A stretch of 64,000 bases of DNA from Eledone cirrhosa (taxonomy: Eukaryota), in the NCBI GenBank assembly GCA_964016885.1, contig OZ024741.1:348130001-348194000 (forward strand), in the 5' to 3' direction. The translations under genes were made by a program, and so were the position numbers. The notes beneath the pieces are model-generated. The model did not search any database. It saw nothing but the letters and a program-made list of their open reading frames with translations, and had not been told where the DNA came from. This document shows positions 14,365-28,179 of the stretch, in pieces. The stretch's first letter is position 1; each line of letters starts with the position of its first letter.

Positions 14365-15564
14365 ATGGGCTCTTATGACAGTGCCGAGGTTTGTGATCTG
14401 GTCGGCCTATTCCTCTTACATACACTTAAAGAAAAATTTCCTAACCATATTTTTGGGCTTTATCGCGATGATGGTCTAATACTTTCCCATACTACCATAG
14501 GCCATAACTTAGATAGATTAAGGAAAGACTTAATAAAAACCTTTGTTAGTTTTAATCTTAAAATTACTATTGATACTAACCTTTCCAACGTAGATTTCCT
14601 AGATATAAACTTAGATTTGCCTACTGCTTCTTATAAACCATACCATAAACCTAATGAAAACTTAAAATATATAAATAAAGGATCTTGCCATCCACCTATA
14701 GTTTTTAAAAACCTTATCCCTAATATTAGCCGTAGGATCTCCACCCTCTCTTCATCAGAAGCTATTTTCAATAAGGCATCCCCCTACTATAATAAAGCCC
14801 TCCAAAATAACGGCTTTAGCGAACCGATTAAATACATACCTAACTACACTAACTCTATTAAACATAAACATAGGAAAAGAAAAATAATCTGGTTCACACC
14901 CCCCTACTCTCTAGCAGTTAAAACTAATGTAGGCAAAAAATTCCTAGAACTCCTAGATAAACATTTCCCTAGAACACATAGATACTATAAGATCTTTAAC
15001 AGAAACTGTGTTAAAATTAGCTATTCTTGCGGTCCCCCTATTAAGTCCTATATCCTCAACAAAACATCACCTAGAGAAAATCAAACTTGCTCCTATAGAA
15101 TCAAAAGTGAATGCCCATTACAAGGTAAATGCAACACCAAAGCCATTGTATATGCGGCTAATGTGACAACCATCAGCAACAACCAACCAGTCACCAGTGA
15201 ACGATATGTGGGTATGACGCAAGACAGATTCAAAACGCGTTATTACTCACATGTCGCATCCTTTCGACATCCAGAAAAAAGATTTACAACAGCTCTGGCT
15301 AGCAGAATCTGGGATTTGAAAGACCAAGGCATCCAATATAAACTAGATTGGTCAATTTTGAACCAATCTAAAAAATATGCTAGAGGAACCAGAAAATGCA
15401 CGCTCTGCATGAATGAAAAATTTTGGATATTGCAAAATCTTAAATCACCAAAGACCTGCCTGAACACAAAGACGGACATTTTTACCAGTTGCCCACACAT
15501 GAAATCACACCTGCTTTCCAGCTCATATAAACTTAACACACTTTCAGATACTTATCCTCCATAA
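14365..15564 (+). CDS. Truncated PLE (Naiad-type) reverse transcriptase C-half plus GIY-YIG endonuclease
   Basis: MGSYDSAEVCDLVG, GLYRDDGL, VDFLDINLDL, RKRKIIWFTPPYS, CPLQGKC..IVY..YVGMT..FKTRY..H, CTLCMNEK..LN..SCPH. Confidence 0.9.
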   Translation: MGSYDSAEVCDLVGLFLLHTLKEKFPNHIFGLYRDDGLILSHTTIGHNLDRLRKDLIKTFVSFNLKITIDTNLSNVDFLDINLDLPTASYKPYHKPNENLKYINKGSCHPPIVFKNLIPNISRRISTLSSSEAIFNKASPYYNKALQNNGFSEPIKYIPNYTNSIKHKHRKRKIIWFTPPYSLAVKTNVGKKFLELLDKHFPRTHRYYKIFNRNCVKISYSCGPPIKSYILNKTSPRENQTCSYRIKSECPLQGKCNTKAIVYAANVTTISNNQPVTSERYVGMTQDRFKTRYYSHVASFRHPEKRFTTALASRIWDLKDQGIQYKLDWSILNQSKKYARGTRKCTLCMNEKFWILQNLKSPKTCLNTKTDIFTSCPHMKSHLLSSSYKLNTLSDTYPP

Positions 15565-15954
15565 ACTCTTAGTATTCTCTTTTTAATTACCCTTTCTGAC
15601 TTACTTTCATTCTTATCCTTGTCAATAATTTCATTTATTTTCACTTTTATTTATTTTTACTTCAACCCCCCCCCCCCTTATTCTCCGATCCACTTCCTAT
15701 TTTCTATTTTTCACTTCCCCTTCTTTTACTTCCCTTTTTCCTCCACTAACTGATTATACTTGTCTTTTGTGTTTTTCAATCCAGATATACTTTTCATTTT
15801 TATTTTTATTTTATTTTTGCGCAGCCTATCTTACAATTTTATATTTGTATTTATTTATCCACGTTTCAATATGGCTGAACGCCTTAATGTGTGTATACTA
15901 TTTATATATGTATATGAGTGACTACGTATGTGCGCGCGCGCGCGTGCGTGTATG

Positions 15955-16018
<64 letters not shown>

Positions 16019-16810
16019 CGTGTATGTATGTGTGTGTGTACAGGTGTTTGTGTGTGTGTGTATGTATATATTATGCGTATGTGTAAGTGTCTCTATATCC
16101 GTGTTTTTGACATTTCGGTTTTATGTTTTTGTTCCTTTTTTTCTTCCCCCCCCCCCCCCTTCCCTCTTTTGTTACTTACTCAGTTTCATACGTGGGCATG
16201 CAAACAGGTTTATATGCGCGAGTATAAGTATGTGTGTGTGTGTGTGTGTATGTACGTATCGAACGTATGGAAGTGTAAGTGCGCGTGTGTATATAAGCAT
16301 AATTATTTTTACATTTCTTTTGTGAGACACGCGTGTATGTGTATGTATGTACCCGCCCCCCCTTTTGTTTTCTTTAATTTTTTCTTTCTATCTTGTCTTT
16401 CTAATTTATCGTTACTATATTTTTATAAATATATCAAGACAGATAATTCTCTTTTAATTATTATACCCTCTTTACCTTCTTTCTTTCCGCATCTAAGTGT
16501 ACGAGTGTCCAGGCGTTTTTATGCGCACGACTTTATATTCTTATATTTACGATGTAACCATTTCTGTCTGTATAATACAGACATATAGATACATTTGCCC
16601 TAAATTTTTATAATTACGCACACTTTCTAACTATACATTTACATGTGCACATATACATATATGCACATCTGTGAGCGTATATACATACACATACACACAC
16701 CTAACTATTTCTCTTGATAGATTTTTATATATTTCAATTTCTATTTCATTTATCTATATATTTTTTTGATTTTCTTGATGTGTTTTTCTAAGTATTTGCC
16801 CATGTTTTAT

Positions 16811-16888
16811 ATTGCCTCGTCTGACGAACGAATGAAGTCGTTTATTTCGTATTCGCCTCATTCGGGAAACCTCTGGTAATGAGGTAAT
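16811..16888 (+). ncRNA. Type I hammerhead ribozyme in the Naiad pseudo-LTR
   Basis: Stem I ATTGCCTCGT/ATGAGGTAAT, core CTGACGA, stem II CGAATGA/TCATTCG, GAAA, stem III CC-TCT-GG, GUA cleavage site. Confidence 0.8.
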
Positions 16889-16909
16889 TATATTGTATTG
16901 ATTTTATAC

Positions 16910-16944
<35 letters not shown>

Positions 16945-16952
<8 letters not shown>

Positions 16953-19900
16953 ATACTTGGGGAGGGTCATATTTGTGTAATATTGCCAGAATTAATAACA
17001 GAACACACTCACTGTTTGGTTGGTTTTCGCTTCTCGCTGACTTTTGTATCTGCGATCTAACTTACTCGGTCCTCAATGTTGCCATTGACTGACCGACGGT
17101 CAAAAATAATACAGATACAATATAGACAGAAATACATATATATATAGTTTACATAATTTACATAAATCTTTCGTTGCACATCTGCAACATCGTCAGTGGT
17201 GTTATATTTTTCCTCCTGTTGTGTTGTATGTCTACGCCATTTTTTATTCAGTCTGTCTATATTTTTATTTATTTATTTGCTTGCTTGTTTATTTTATTTT
17301 GTCTTCTTTGCGCATGCGTTTGCGTGTGTGTATAGTGTTATGTTTGCTGTGTGACTAGTGTGTATAGTGTTGTGTCTGCTGGGTGACTAGTGTGTGTTTA
17401 TGTACTTGTTGTTATTGTGCTTGTGTATGTATTTATTTATCTTATTTTATTTTATTTTATTTTATTTACTTATTTATACTTCTCTTTGGTCAGTGTTGTT
17501 TGTTTGGGTGTTGTTGTTGTTCCACTCATTCTTTCTGTTTAGCTTTGGTCTTCTAATTTCTATTTCACTGGCCTCTCTTATTTGCCTATCTGCTGGGTCA
17601 TTCCTATGTTTAGATATTCTAATTTCTATGATGTCTATGTTACCGTCGTGTTGTTGTCTAGCATGTTCGTATAGTACTGACCCGTTTTTTTGTCCTTTTA
17701 GTTCCCCCCAGTGTTGGTCTATCCTTTCACCTATGCTACGAGCTGTCTCACCTATGTATGTTGTTGTCATGTTTCTGCAAGTACCCTCTGTACATCTTAT
17801 GCTATAGACTACGTTTCTAGTTTTACAGTTTATCCGGGGGTTCACCTTACATATGATACATTTCCGATTGGTACAGTGGGTTTTCTTAAAAGGGTAGGTT
17901 TTGCTGATCAGGGATTTTATGGTGGTTCCTGGCTTTTCTACCACCTTTATTTTTAAGTGGGTCTTTCTCATGGCCTTTCTACACTGGTTAGCTAATTTCC
18001 CTCCAGGGGTGGCGTCCACAAACATGACACTCTGATATCTCTGGTTGTCGTACCATGATGTGGCCTTCCCTATCTTATGTCTAGCCCTATCTAAGCTATT
18101 CCATGATTTGCTCCTGTATAATGGGCAAATTCCTTTCATGTCCAGTTCTATGAGGGTCTTATACTTTTCTATGTCTCCTTCGTATACTCTGACTCTGTCT
18201 CTTTGGTTGTAGCCAGAGAACTGCATGCGGTTGATGAAGTATTGGATGTGTATTTCCATTTCTGTTGGGTCGCACATGCTGGACACATTCTTCATCACTC
18301 GTACCAAATCTGCGATCAGAATATTAAACTTAGCACTACTGGACATTGCTGAGTTTTTGAGTATCAGGTATTTGTAGGCCATGGGTTTAGCATAGTGTGA
18401 GTGGAGAATTTGGGCTCTCTCGTCTATAGTGTTAATCCAGAGTTCTGTGTCTAATACAGGTAGTCTATTGTTAGGGTGTTTGGAAAGGAAGTCGATAGTT
18501 ACAGTTATACTCTGGTGTATGGAATTAGCTATCTGCTGGATGCTTTCCATCGTGCTACGTTCTAAATCAAACTTGTTAGTGCTATCTAGTGGGGGTGTTC
18601 TTATAACTATATTGATATCGTCTACATAACGAGAGTACATGATGAGGTCTATGGAGGTTTCATTAAGGAGATCTTTAAGTCTCCTTTCCCACCATACCAT
18701 GAAAAGGTTGGCAACATCACCAGCTATGCTGACGCAGATGGCTGCTCCCTCATTTTGGGTGTAGATTTTCTCATTGAACTTAAATATGTGGCCCTTTAGG
18801 GTAGTTTTGATACTAGCCCTTATTGCATGTGCGACCATTTTTCTTACCTGATCATTGTTTTGGGGGGTCCGTATAGCTTTGGTCCATCCAATCCACCTTC
18901 CCATGGGAGTCTTTTTTGCCATCGAGGTTATGGTGGGGGATCTACCTCTTATAGGTATACTAGGGCAGAAACATCTAAGGTCATGGCTATCTAGGTAGTC
19001 AGTGTCGTAGGTAAGTCTAAGTAGGAGGCCCAGTTCGTCTGTGTCGACGTCGCAGAACTCCACCTCACTCTCAATGATCATCTCCACACATCTTTTCACA
19101 GCAAAATCAATGTTAATGGATGGGTACAGTGACACCACATTCATGCTGCCTATTATGCAGTTGGATAGGCTCCTGTTTTTGCTGCACTCACTAATTCTTC
19201 TGAGGAGGTCCTCTGTACTTTCACATACATCTTGAGACATCTTGATTATGGGGCGTATAACCATTGAGAGGAAGTAGGAGATCCTGTAGTTGCTAGCTAT
19301 ATTAGCTTCGCATACGGGTCTTGTTGGTGGTCCTGTTGTCGGGTCGTCGACTGCCTTGTGGTCTTTGCGGAGCCCATACAAGGGTGGTATGCCATTGTTA
19401 GACGCCTGGAAGTTGTTGGCAGTGCGTCTGCTTGGCTTTAGGATGTCAGTCCACATCATCATGTGAGCGTTGAGGATTTTTTCTCTCCCATCGTGTGTTT
19501 GTTGTGCAAGTTCGCTCGTGTTGGTGATGTGGGTTTGCATAGCCTCGATGTAGTTCGGCATGCTATCTATTGACATCCTACCAGACTTATCTGTGGGTAG
19601 ACACACTACCTCACCATCCCTTGTGCGCTGCTTGAGGCTAACCAAGCCTTCTATAGGTTCCCTCCCAAGTTGTTGGGCCTCTGGTCTGCTCTGTCTCTTA
19701 GTATACCTGTCTACTACTTGTCTAATCTTATTTCTAGCTATGGTGAACTGTGCCTCTGTCTCGTCATCTATTTGCTCTGGTATGCAAACTCTTTTATTAA
19801 AGGGTAACCTCGTAGGATAGATATTACCCATCTTATATGTTTTGTCAGCTGGGTTGAAAAATAGTTTCTCTAAGGGGTTGTCATTATATCTATCGTCATA

Positions 19901-21655
19901 GTTGTGTGTGTTGCTATTGTTGTTATCAGGGTGGTTGTTGTTGTTTCTATCATTAGCATTATTATTATTGTTATGATTGCTAGACGTATTGTTGTTTACT
20001 TCACCGTTATTGTTGTTGTTACTGTTATTTCTACCATTGTGGTTGTTACTATTATTATGTTTCTTGTTTTTGTTGATGTTGCTACATGTACTATTTCCAT
20101 TATTACCACTGTGGTTATTGTTGTTGTTGTTCGTATTGTTACCGTTATTACTACTGTGGTCGCTGTTGTTGTGTCTGTGGTTAATGTTTCTATTATTATT
20201 ATTATTGTGGTTGTTGTTGTTCTGTCTATCGCTAGTATTATTACCATTATCACTATTTCTCACTTTCCTGCCATTGTTATGGTTATGGCTGTTATTTCTA
20301 TACCCAGAGTTATTGTTTATATTACTACTACCGTTATTATTGTTGTTGTTGTTTACCTTTGCATTCCAACGTATTTTTGTGAAACACTTTTCCAGCTCCG
20401 TTTTGCACTCCATAGGGTTAATCTTTATGTAGATGGCAAATTTTGGTGGTAAACGTAGGATTTGTTGTTCTTGTTCACTGATTAAAGTGTTCCCATAGAT
20501 ATTTACTGTGTGGTCATTGGTAAATTCTTCCGGTAGTTTTACATCAGTCATACGGATATTGTCGATGTTATCTGGGTATTTTTGAGAATATTCGATTTTC
20601 CTTTCTTGTATTTTTTTCTTATTCATCCATTCTAATTTCTTCTTGAAATGCCTATTGCATTCGTTTCGAGCGTATTTCGTTTCACGTCGGATGACGCTCA
20701 TGAAGTTATCTCTCTCGTTTGCTGTGATGAGATTTCGGATTTCCTTACCGTTAATGCGTTTCTGTCTGTAGAGTGCGTTGACTTTTGTGTATGTTGTTCT
20801 TTTCATATTAACTGTTATTGTGTGTTTTAGTCGTTCGGCTTGTGTTTAGTTCAATAATAAATTACTTACTTGTTTTGATATGTTTGTTGTGTATGTTTTG
20901 GAGGAAACACAGTGTTTTAAGAAGCGGATTTGTTCTGTTGTTATTGTAGTTTTTATATAACAGAAAACAGTGTCTTTCAATAACCTTTCAACTTGGCACA
21001 AGCTAATGCCGTAGCGGCGATTAATTAGTTTAGCGAGGTTTTTTATATGAAATCGTGTGTCGAAACAAATATTTTTATACTTGGGGAGGGTCATATTTGT
21101 GTAATATTGCCAGAATTAATAACAGAACACACTCACTGTTTGTTTGGTTTTCGCTTCTCGCTGTCTTTTATATCTGCGATCTAACTTACTCGGTCCTCAA
21201 TGTTGCCATTGACTGACCGACGGTCAAAAATAATACAGATACAATATAGACAGAAACACATATATATAGTTTACATAATTTACATAAAATTTACACTGCA
21301 ACATCGTCAGTGGTGTTATATTTTTTCCTCCTGTTGTGTTGTATGTCTACGCCATTTTTTATTCAGTCTGTCTATATATTTATTTATTTATTTGCTTTTT
21401 GTTTATTTTATTTTGTCTTCTTTGCGCATGCGTTTGCGTGTGTGTATAGTGTTATGTTTGCTGTGTGACTAGTGTGTATAGTGTTGTGTCTGCTGGGTGA
21501 CTAGTGTGTGTTTATGTGCTTGTTGTTATTGTGCTTGTGTATGTATTTATTTATCTTATTTTATTTTATTTTATTTTATTTACTTATTTATACTTCTCTT
21601 AGGTCAGTGTTGTTTGTTTGGGTGTTGTTGTTGATCCACTCATTCTTTCTGTTTA
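16945..21655 (-). mobile_element. Near full-length Neptune-type PLE with direct pseudo-LTRs (16945-17540 and 21075-21655)
   Basis: Two ~590-bp direct repeats, each spanning ORF end, 3' UTR and ORF start, flank the RT-EN ORF. A weak HHR-like motif at ~17155-17202 is partly deleted in the upstream copy. Confidence 0.9.
17474..21094 (-). pseudogene. PLE RT plus GIY-YIG endonuclease ORF (~1206 codons) with one in-frame TAA at 20846
   Basis: The 82-aa and 1110-aa ORFs are in frame, 13 codons apart. Motifs: LYGLRKDHK, PTRPV, GSMNVVSLYPSI (catalytic D to N), YVDD, VMFVDATPGG, Cys-rich linker, VVY..YIGETAR..ER..QH, LNRKNEW. Confidence 0.9.
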
Positions 21656-22044
21656 TTTTAAATAAGAAGTATTTATCTGTTTAATAAAATAGAGAATGTA
21701 TGAAACTGGAAGTAGGCAAGGAATTATAGCAAGGGGCAATGCTATCATGTATTGTTTTCTCTCACATTTATTTTCTATATTAATGATCTGCTCTTACAAT
21801 GTTATGCTTCATCTTATTTCTCTTGCTTACACTGTTCGCTTGTCTGGTATCTAATGCGCTTTGAGCATATTGTCCCCTTCACTTCTGGCCTATGTATATA
21901 TATATGGAAAATGCAACTGGAGTCTTACTTTTTAAAAAATATATATATTTATTTGGTTCCTTTACCAGTTTTGCAGTTCTTCTGCTTTTCAAAAGTAGAG
22001 TTGAGATGGAGGGTCTGTGGTTTTTCTCACATCTCTGTCTCTCC

Positions 22045-22475
<431 letters not shown>

Positions 22476-22494
22476 GTATGTATATATATATATA

Positions 22495-22897
22495 TAAATT
22501 AATAAAAACAATAAAATAAAAACAAAGAACAAGTTCTTTATATTAAAGAATTCATAATTTTACGGTCGTTTCTGGAATGTATATGTGTGTTGGTATGTTC
22601 TGAGGACGGCATGTATATGTGAAGGTATTTATATTTCCTCTGATAATTTGTAATATTTTTATATAGATCTATATGATATACATACCAACACACATATACA
22701 TCCCAGAAACGATCGTAAAATGATGAATTTTGTAATATAAGGAACATGTTCTTTGTTTTTATTTCATTGTTTTTATTAATTCATCTTGACTCTGTTTTCC
22801 TATGATTTTTATCGAAAGTCTTTGAATGAAATTTGGATTACATTGAGTTCTTCATACGGATTGGACACTACCGTATATTTTGGTAGATTTATCTACA
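22495..22897. mobile_element. PLE-end fold-back (same family as 43665-44212)
   Basis: Inverted arms 22495-22597 and 22681-22780; + strand CTGAGGA...GAAA CGATCG TA; tail matches the reverse complement of 43665-43725. Confidence 0.75.
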
Positions 22898-22913
22898 TAT
22901 ATATATATATATA

Positions 22914-24086
22914 TAACGAAGGAAATGTGGTAAGGAACCAGGTGGACCATAACGCACCAAAGTACTCAATACTTGAGGTAGTAGAGTGGGTAATAGGAAC
23001 CAGTAAGACCCCGACAGCTGAGCTCAAGCCGTTTCGACGGCTAATTCTGGACTAAATGAAAATGTATCCTGGTATTTACCCGCACCACCCCCTCCCCTAG
23101 TCTATGATAGATTTGGCGGACTCCGCCCTTTATAGCAGTTGGCTTAGACCCCGGATACTCGCCCCCTTTTTCCGACCGCTCCCACTATTCTCTGTGCCCT
23201 CTATATTTCTTAGTGGCACTTATGCCTTATTTTTTCGTTTCAGTATTTCTTGCTTCGCTTTTCTTCTAGGCGGGGTGGATTCTGAATTTATTTCTCCGTT
23301 TTCTACCTTTATTTCGTACGAACTTTCATGTAGCTTGTTTTAGATCTTTTAGAGTTAGCATTAGTACTTATTTTTCTCGGGACTCAGAATTATCCTCTCG
23401 TACAAGTTCACTTTGCTGCACTGGGTCGTTGCTGGCCCGGGATGGATACCTTTATTGTTTATTTCGTGGTAGTCTCTTTAGTATTTGGGCCCCTTTTGTT
23501 GACCCGTCACCGTATCATTTACGTACTTATACCTCTTAAAAGGGTCCTTGCCTATTTCGTCCCACCTAGTTCTTTTACTTATTTCGTTATTTCTTTATTT
23601 ATTTATTTCTTTACTTCTTTCTTTCTTTATTTATTTTTTTCTAGCCTAACAATAGCCTGAGACCTAGGTCGTAGAATTTAATTTACTTTACTTTTTTCTT
23701 TACACTTATTTGCTTTTCTTCACTCTCAGTATTTTTTCTTTCCTATATATTTCTACCCCCCATTGTTCTACCTACCGTTCCGACTTCCTCCCCCTCCCCC
23801 TCCCCTGTATCTTCTTTGACCTCATGCCCAGCTGTAGCTGGCACTACCAACGCTTGATTGGATCTACTCCACCCCCTCCCCTCTTTCTCCTACTGGCAGG
23901 TTTAGCCACCATCTCCACTACTAATTTGCAACCACAGAATTACTACTGATTTTTGACAATCACTTTCACCATATATGGAATTACCCCTTGAGAAGATCGG
24001 CTATTTAAATACCAGGATAAATTTTCATTTAGTCCAGAATTAGCCGTCGAAACGGCTTGAGCTCAGCTGTCGGGGTCTTACTGGTT

Positions 24087-24090
<4 letters not shown>
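22914..24090. mobile_element. PLE-derived insertion: inverted pseudo-LTR/tail (22914-23078) plus 3' UTR and HHR on +
   Basis: 22993-23078 is the reverse complement of ~24006-24090; flanked by (TA)n; family fragments also at 33912-34032, 34815-34985 and 58665-58795. Confidence 0.8.
23983..24076 (+). ncRNA. Type I hammerhead ribozyme with U3-A8 core variant
   Basis: ACCCC TTGAGAA GATCGGCTA...TAGCCGTC GAAA CGGCTTGAGCTCAGCTG TC GGGGT. Confidence 0.8.
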
Positions 24091-24125
<35 letters not shown>

Positions 24126-24619
24126 TTATGCGTGGACACGCATGACCATGAATGTGCAAACAAGTGACTAGAATCCAAAATATGAAATTCGGATCTATAT
24201 ACATTCGTGCATGTGATAGAGAGATGCCGAAAGTAAGAAAGAAAAAAGAAAGAAAGAATCGATTAAATCCATGACATCGTCAAAGATGAAGACAGCTCAA
24301 AAAGCTGCATTACAAAATATATCTAGATCAATTTGCGCATACACACACACAGCCATACTTACATACAATCGTACATAAATAAATTCATAAATACATACGC
24401 GCATAAAAACATATATATATATGTATGCGTGTGTGTGTCTGAATGTATGTATGATTGGGTGTCTGTGCAAATAGTTCTTGGTATATTTTTTCATGCAGCC
24501 TTTTACATGAATCTGGAATTAGGTGTTGAAACTGTGTAAGAGCGCAGCTATAGGGCCCCGACTCTTTCTAATACACACAGACAAACGCACACACACACAC
24601 ACACACACACATACACACA

Positions 24620-24707
<88 letters not shown>

Positions 24708-25991
24708 CATACATATATATACACACACATATATATATGTGTATATATACATTAGTAAACCACAGTAAATATGCAGAAAAACTTGACAAAACATATTACG
24801 AAGCGGAAATAATAAATGAGAAACACAAAATATGAAACGAAATTTTCGATTTCGCCTCATATAGAGATTTATTTTTTCGCATTTCAAATTTCCGTTTCTA
24901 AATTTCCATATTCCTTATAATGTACTTACTTTTCTAGAAAATATTCCTGCTGTTTGAAAAAATAGAATTCCTCCTTATATATATTTAGACATGAACGAAG
25001 TGAAGAAAGTTGTGCATTAAAATCCTAATACAGACTCACATATATATATATATTAGGTTGAATATGTGTACAGACAGACACAGACGCGCGCGCGCACACA
25101 CACACGTACATATATATATATATATATATAATATCTGGTTGCACTCAGCGCTACTGAGAAAATGTCGCCCAATACAATGTGTGTATGGTCGGGTCGTCGG
25201 TGAATAAACCGGCAATCCCTCCAAGCTTGCTTGGTGAGGAGGGTGAAAAACAAAACCGGTCAAAGGGCGGAAGAACGCAGGAGAGCCAATTGCCACCCAA
25301 TAACTTTTTTTGTTGAGCAAGAGACTCTTATCTTCATTAAGGTATTTCTCTAGGAGAAGATCACCCTGATATAAAACCTACAATTGTGTTAGCATCCAAT
25401 GATGTAGACCAGTACTTCTTTTGGGGCAAATGTATTCGTTGTTCAGAGAGTGGCGTTGGCCGCGTGTAAAGCGTTTCCTTACTTAAAAAAAGCTTCAAGC
25501 AGAGGCCTTGCTTGATATGTAACATTATATGCGATGAATGTTATTTCTGGCCATAGGCAAGCCCCTAGTAGGTAAAGTGCCACGTCCGTCGTACACTTGC
25601 TTAAGGAACAAGCTATGACATTACTCGGAATTGAATTGCACCCGCCATATGTATACATATATATATATATATACAGTGCAAATGATAATGAAATAGTGTT
25701 TAATTTTTCAAACTTTTAATAAGTGACGATCGATTCATCCCAGCACAGGTCCGGGATCATCGGATTAAACAACAAAATGTATACACAAATATACGATTAA
25801 AACTTTGTCTCAAGAACATTAGGAGGATACATAATATGGGAGGTTAGATAAACGCAAGTATTAAAATTTGTATGAGCTAACTCAGGTGGGAAAACTTATG
25901 GAAAAAAAGGAGCAGATAAATACAAAAAACCTGCGGTTAGAGATGAAAAACTCTAGTGAAAATCATATATCATAGATAGTTAAGAAATTTA

Positions 25992-26182
25992 ATAATTGTT
26001 TCTACTTTAGGCACAAGGCCAGCAATTACACAGTGCATTACTGGTACTTTATTTTATCGACCCCGTACGGATGAAAGGCAAAGTCAACCTCGGCGGGATT
26101 TGTACTCAGATCGTAAAGGGACGTAACTATGCTGGAAAGCATGGCGTCCGACCCTCCACCGATACTGCCAATCTACCGCCCT
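25992..26182 (-). mobile_element. Full-length SINE family A
   Basis: Reverse complement carries an A-box-like TGGCAGTATCGG, a degenerate B box, the core and the 3' end. Confidence 0.85.
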
Positions 26183-26329
26183 TAAGAAATGTAATAATAC
26201 GAGACAGAGGTAAAACATGCATTTTGAATAGATATTTTTAAAACATACTATTTTTAAAATGGTTAGATGCACGTGTAGCATAGCAAGGGATTACAGACAG
26301 ATACAAGAGTATAAGTTCGATCACATGAT

Positions 26330-27150
26330 TATGTCATAATAACATTTTTTAACCCTTATTTAATTAATAAAAAACATTAAAATATTTTATTCGACCGCAC
26401 CTAACATTGCTAATCACATAACGCGTACTAATAGATGGAAAGTTAAATAATTTACTTCTTGTAACTTAAATAACAATTCACAACCAATAGATACGCTTAA
26501 CAAGATTGTACCTAATAATACTAATAACCACTCTCATAATACATTAACATCTAGGAATATTAATAACAATTACAGCACTCGCATATCAAATTCTATTAAC
26601 ACTTCACATCTTTATACACACAACTACTTAATCAATAAACATAACTGTAATTGTAGACTAAATAATGCATGCCCTCTTAATGGGACTTGCCCCGTTAAGA
26701 ATATGTTTTTCCTGTACTGTCACGAATTCTATCAGCTCCCAAACCTATTTTGGATCCACTTCGAATAATTTAATGACAAGATATAATTCCCATCTTCATA
26801 CTTTCAAAAATTCTAAGCTTAACCATGCGACCTCATTGTCTAATTTTATATCATATTTCAAGAACGATAATACACCTTGCACCCTGATCTGGATGGTGAT
26901 TGCAAACATTTGTATTCTTTGTCTTCTTGAATCTCATATCATTATTTACTATCCCGCCGAGGTTAATTTTGCCTTTCATCCTTACGGGGTCGATAAAATA
27001 AAGTACCAGTAATGTACTGGGTAATTGCTGGCCTTGTGCCAATAGTAGAAACAATTATTTACTGTAAACTAAATTTATTAAATAGAAAATCTGAAATCTT
27101 TTCCATTTGTCCTCATATAAATCATCATTCTTTTCACTATTTTAAAACCT
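26330..27150 (+). mobile_element. Naiad-type GIY-YIG relic interrupted by a family A SINE fragment (26952-27056)
   Basis: NCNCRLNNACPLNGTC, YFGSTSNNLMTRYNSHLHTF..TSLSNFI, CILCLLES, then LLNRKSEIFSICPH after the SINE. Confidence 0.8.
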
Positions 27151-28179
27151 ATTAACTCCTTTATATCAATGCAGATTTGTATACCTTATCTTTTTCATTA
27201 CCACTTTTATCACTGTATATTAATTATTTAAATGCACTTTTAAACCTAAAAGTTTATAATATGTTTAACTACTATGTATTGTCTACCAATCTTCACATGT
27301 TCCCTCATAGATCCCTTTTATAACCACTACATTTTATTATAACCACCACATCACATTTAGGCAACTTAATAATACATTGTTTCCACACCTTATTTCACAA
27401 GCCTCACTTATATTTAATTTTGGCCAATAATTTTATAACAACCATTCCCCACCCACTATATCTATATCAATATTAACTATTCAATACACGTAAAATTAAT
27501 TAATGTATTAATTTATCATTTAATGTTGCTTAAACTTTTAAGTATACCTAATTAGTTTTTTAACAAGGCATAGCATTTTTTGTATACATAGATAATTTTT
27601 TCTCTGCAAATTTTCTTAATCTTTTAAAGTTCATTTAGTTTTGCAATCAATAGCCCTGAAAAATTCGATCCTCATACATCTTTACATATTAATATTTTCT
27701 ATTTTTCCTTACTAAATTTATATTAACTCTCTAATATATAGAAACTCTGACATGAATTATCTCCCCTTTATTTTGATTAAACCATATTTTTTAAGGATTG
27801 ATTTTTAAATTCCATGCTATGTTGGATGATTTGTACACTTGACGGCGTGTGACTTTATATCCTCTACTGAACTATGTGGTGCTTTGAATGATGTGTCTTG
27901 AGTGCCTCACTGATAATAATTCCATCTGTATTGGATTTGTTTTAATTTGTTTAGCTTTGAAGGCTCAGAATTACTCGCCTATCGTCTAACTCTGAGATTT
28001 TCAGTGAGCATGCTGAAAACTATAATAATGCATTAAGGATGCAGACCACCGAGATAAAATTGAATACATTGATAATAATCTCCATAACACACATAGCTAC
28101 ACACAAAATCAAAGAATATGTAACCGGGATACAGAAATACAAGCGCACACACGCAGAACCACCAGACATACTAATAATA

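Larger units (their letters stand above)
14311..16911 (+). mobile_element. Naiad-type PLE, right arm, 5'-truncated within RT
   Basis: Open RT-GIY-YIG frame followed by a long microsatellite-containing 3' UTR and an HHR; ends at (TA)n. Confidence 0.92.

Noticed and set aside
19904-20452. Leu/Val-rich, membrane-like ORFs on +
   Set aside because: They are antisense shadows of the Asn-rich tract in the PLE ORF.
25130-25650. Possible RTE 5' UTR-like or SINE repeat
   Set aside because: Only a short motif (CTAGGAGAAG..CTGA..TAAAACC) is suggestive, and there is no second copy in the window.
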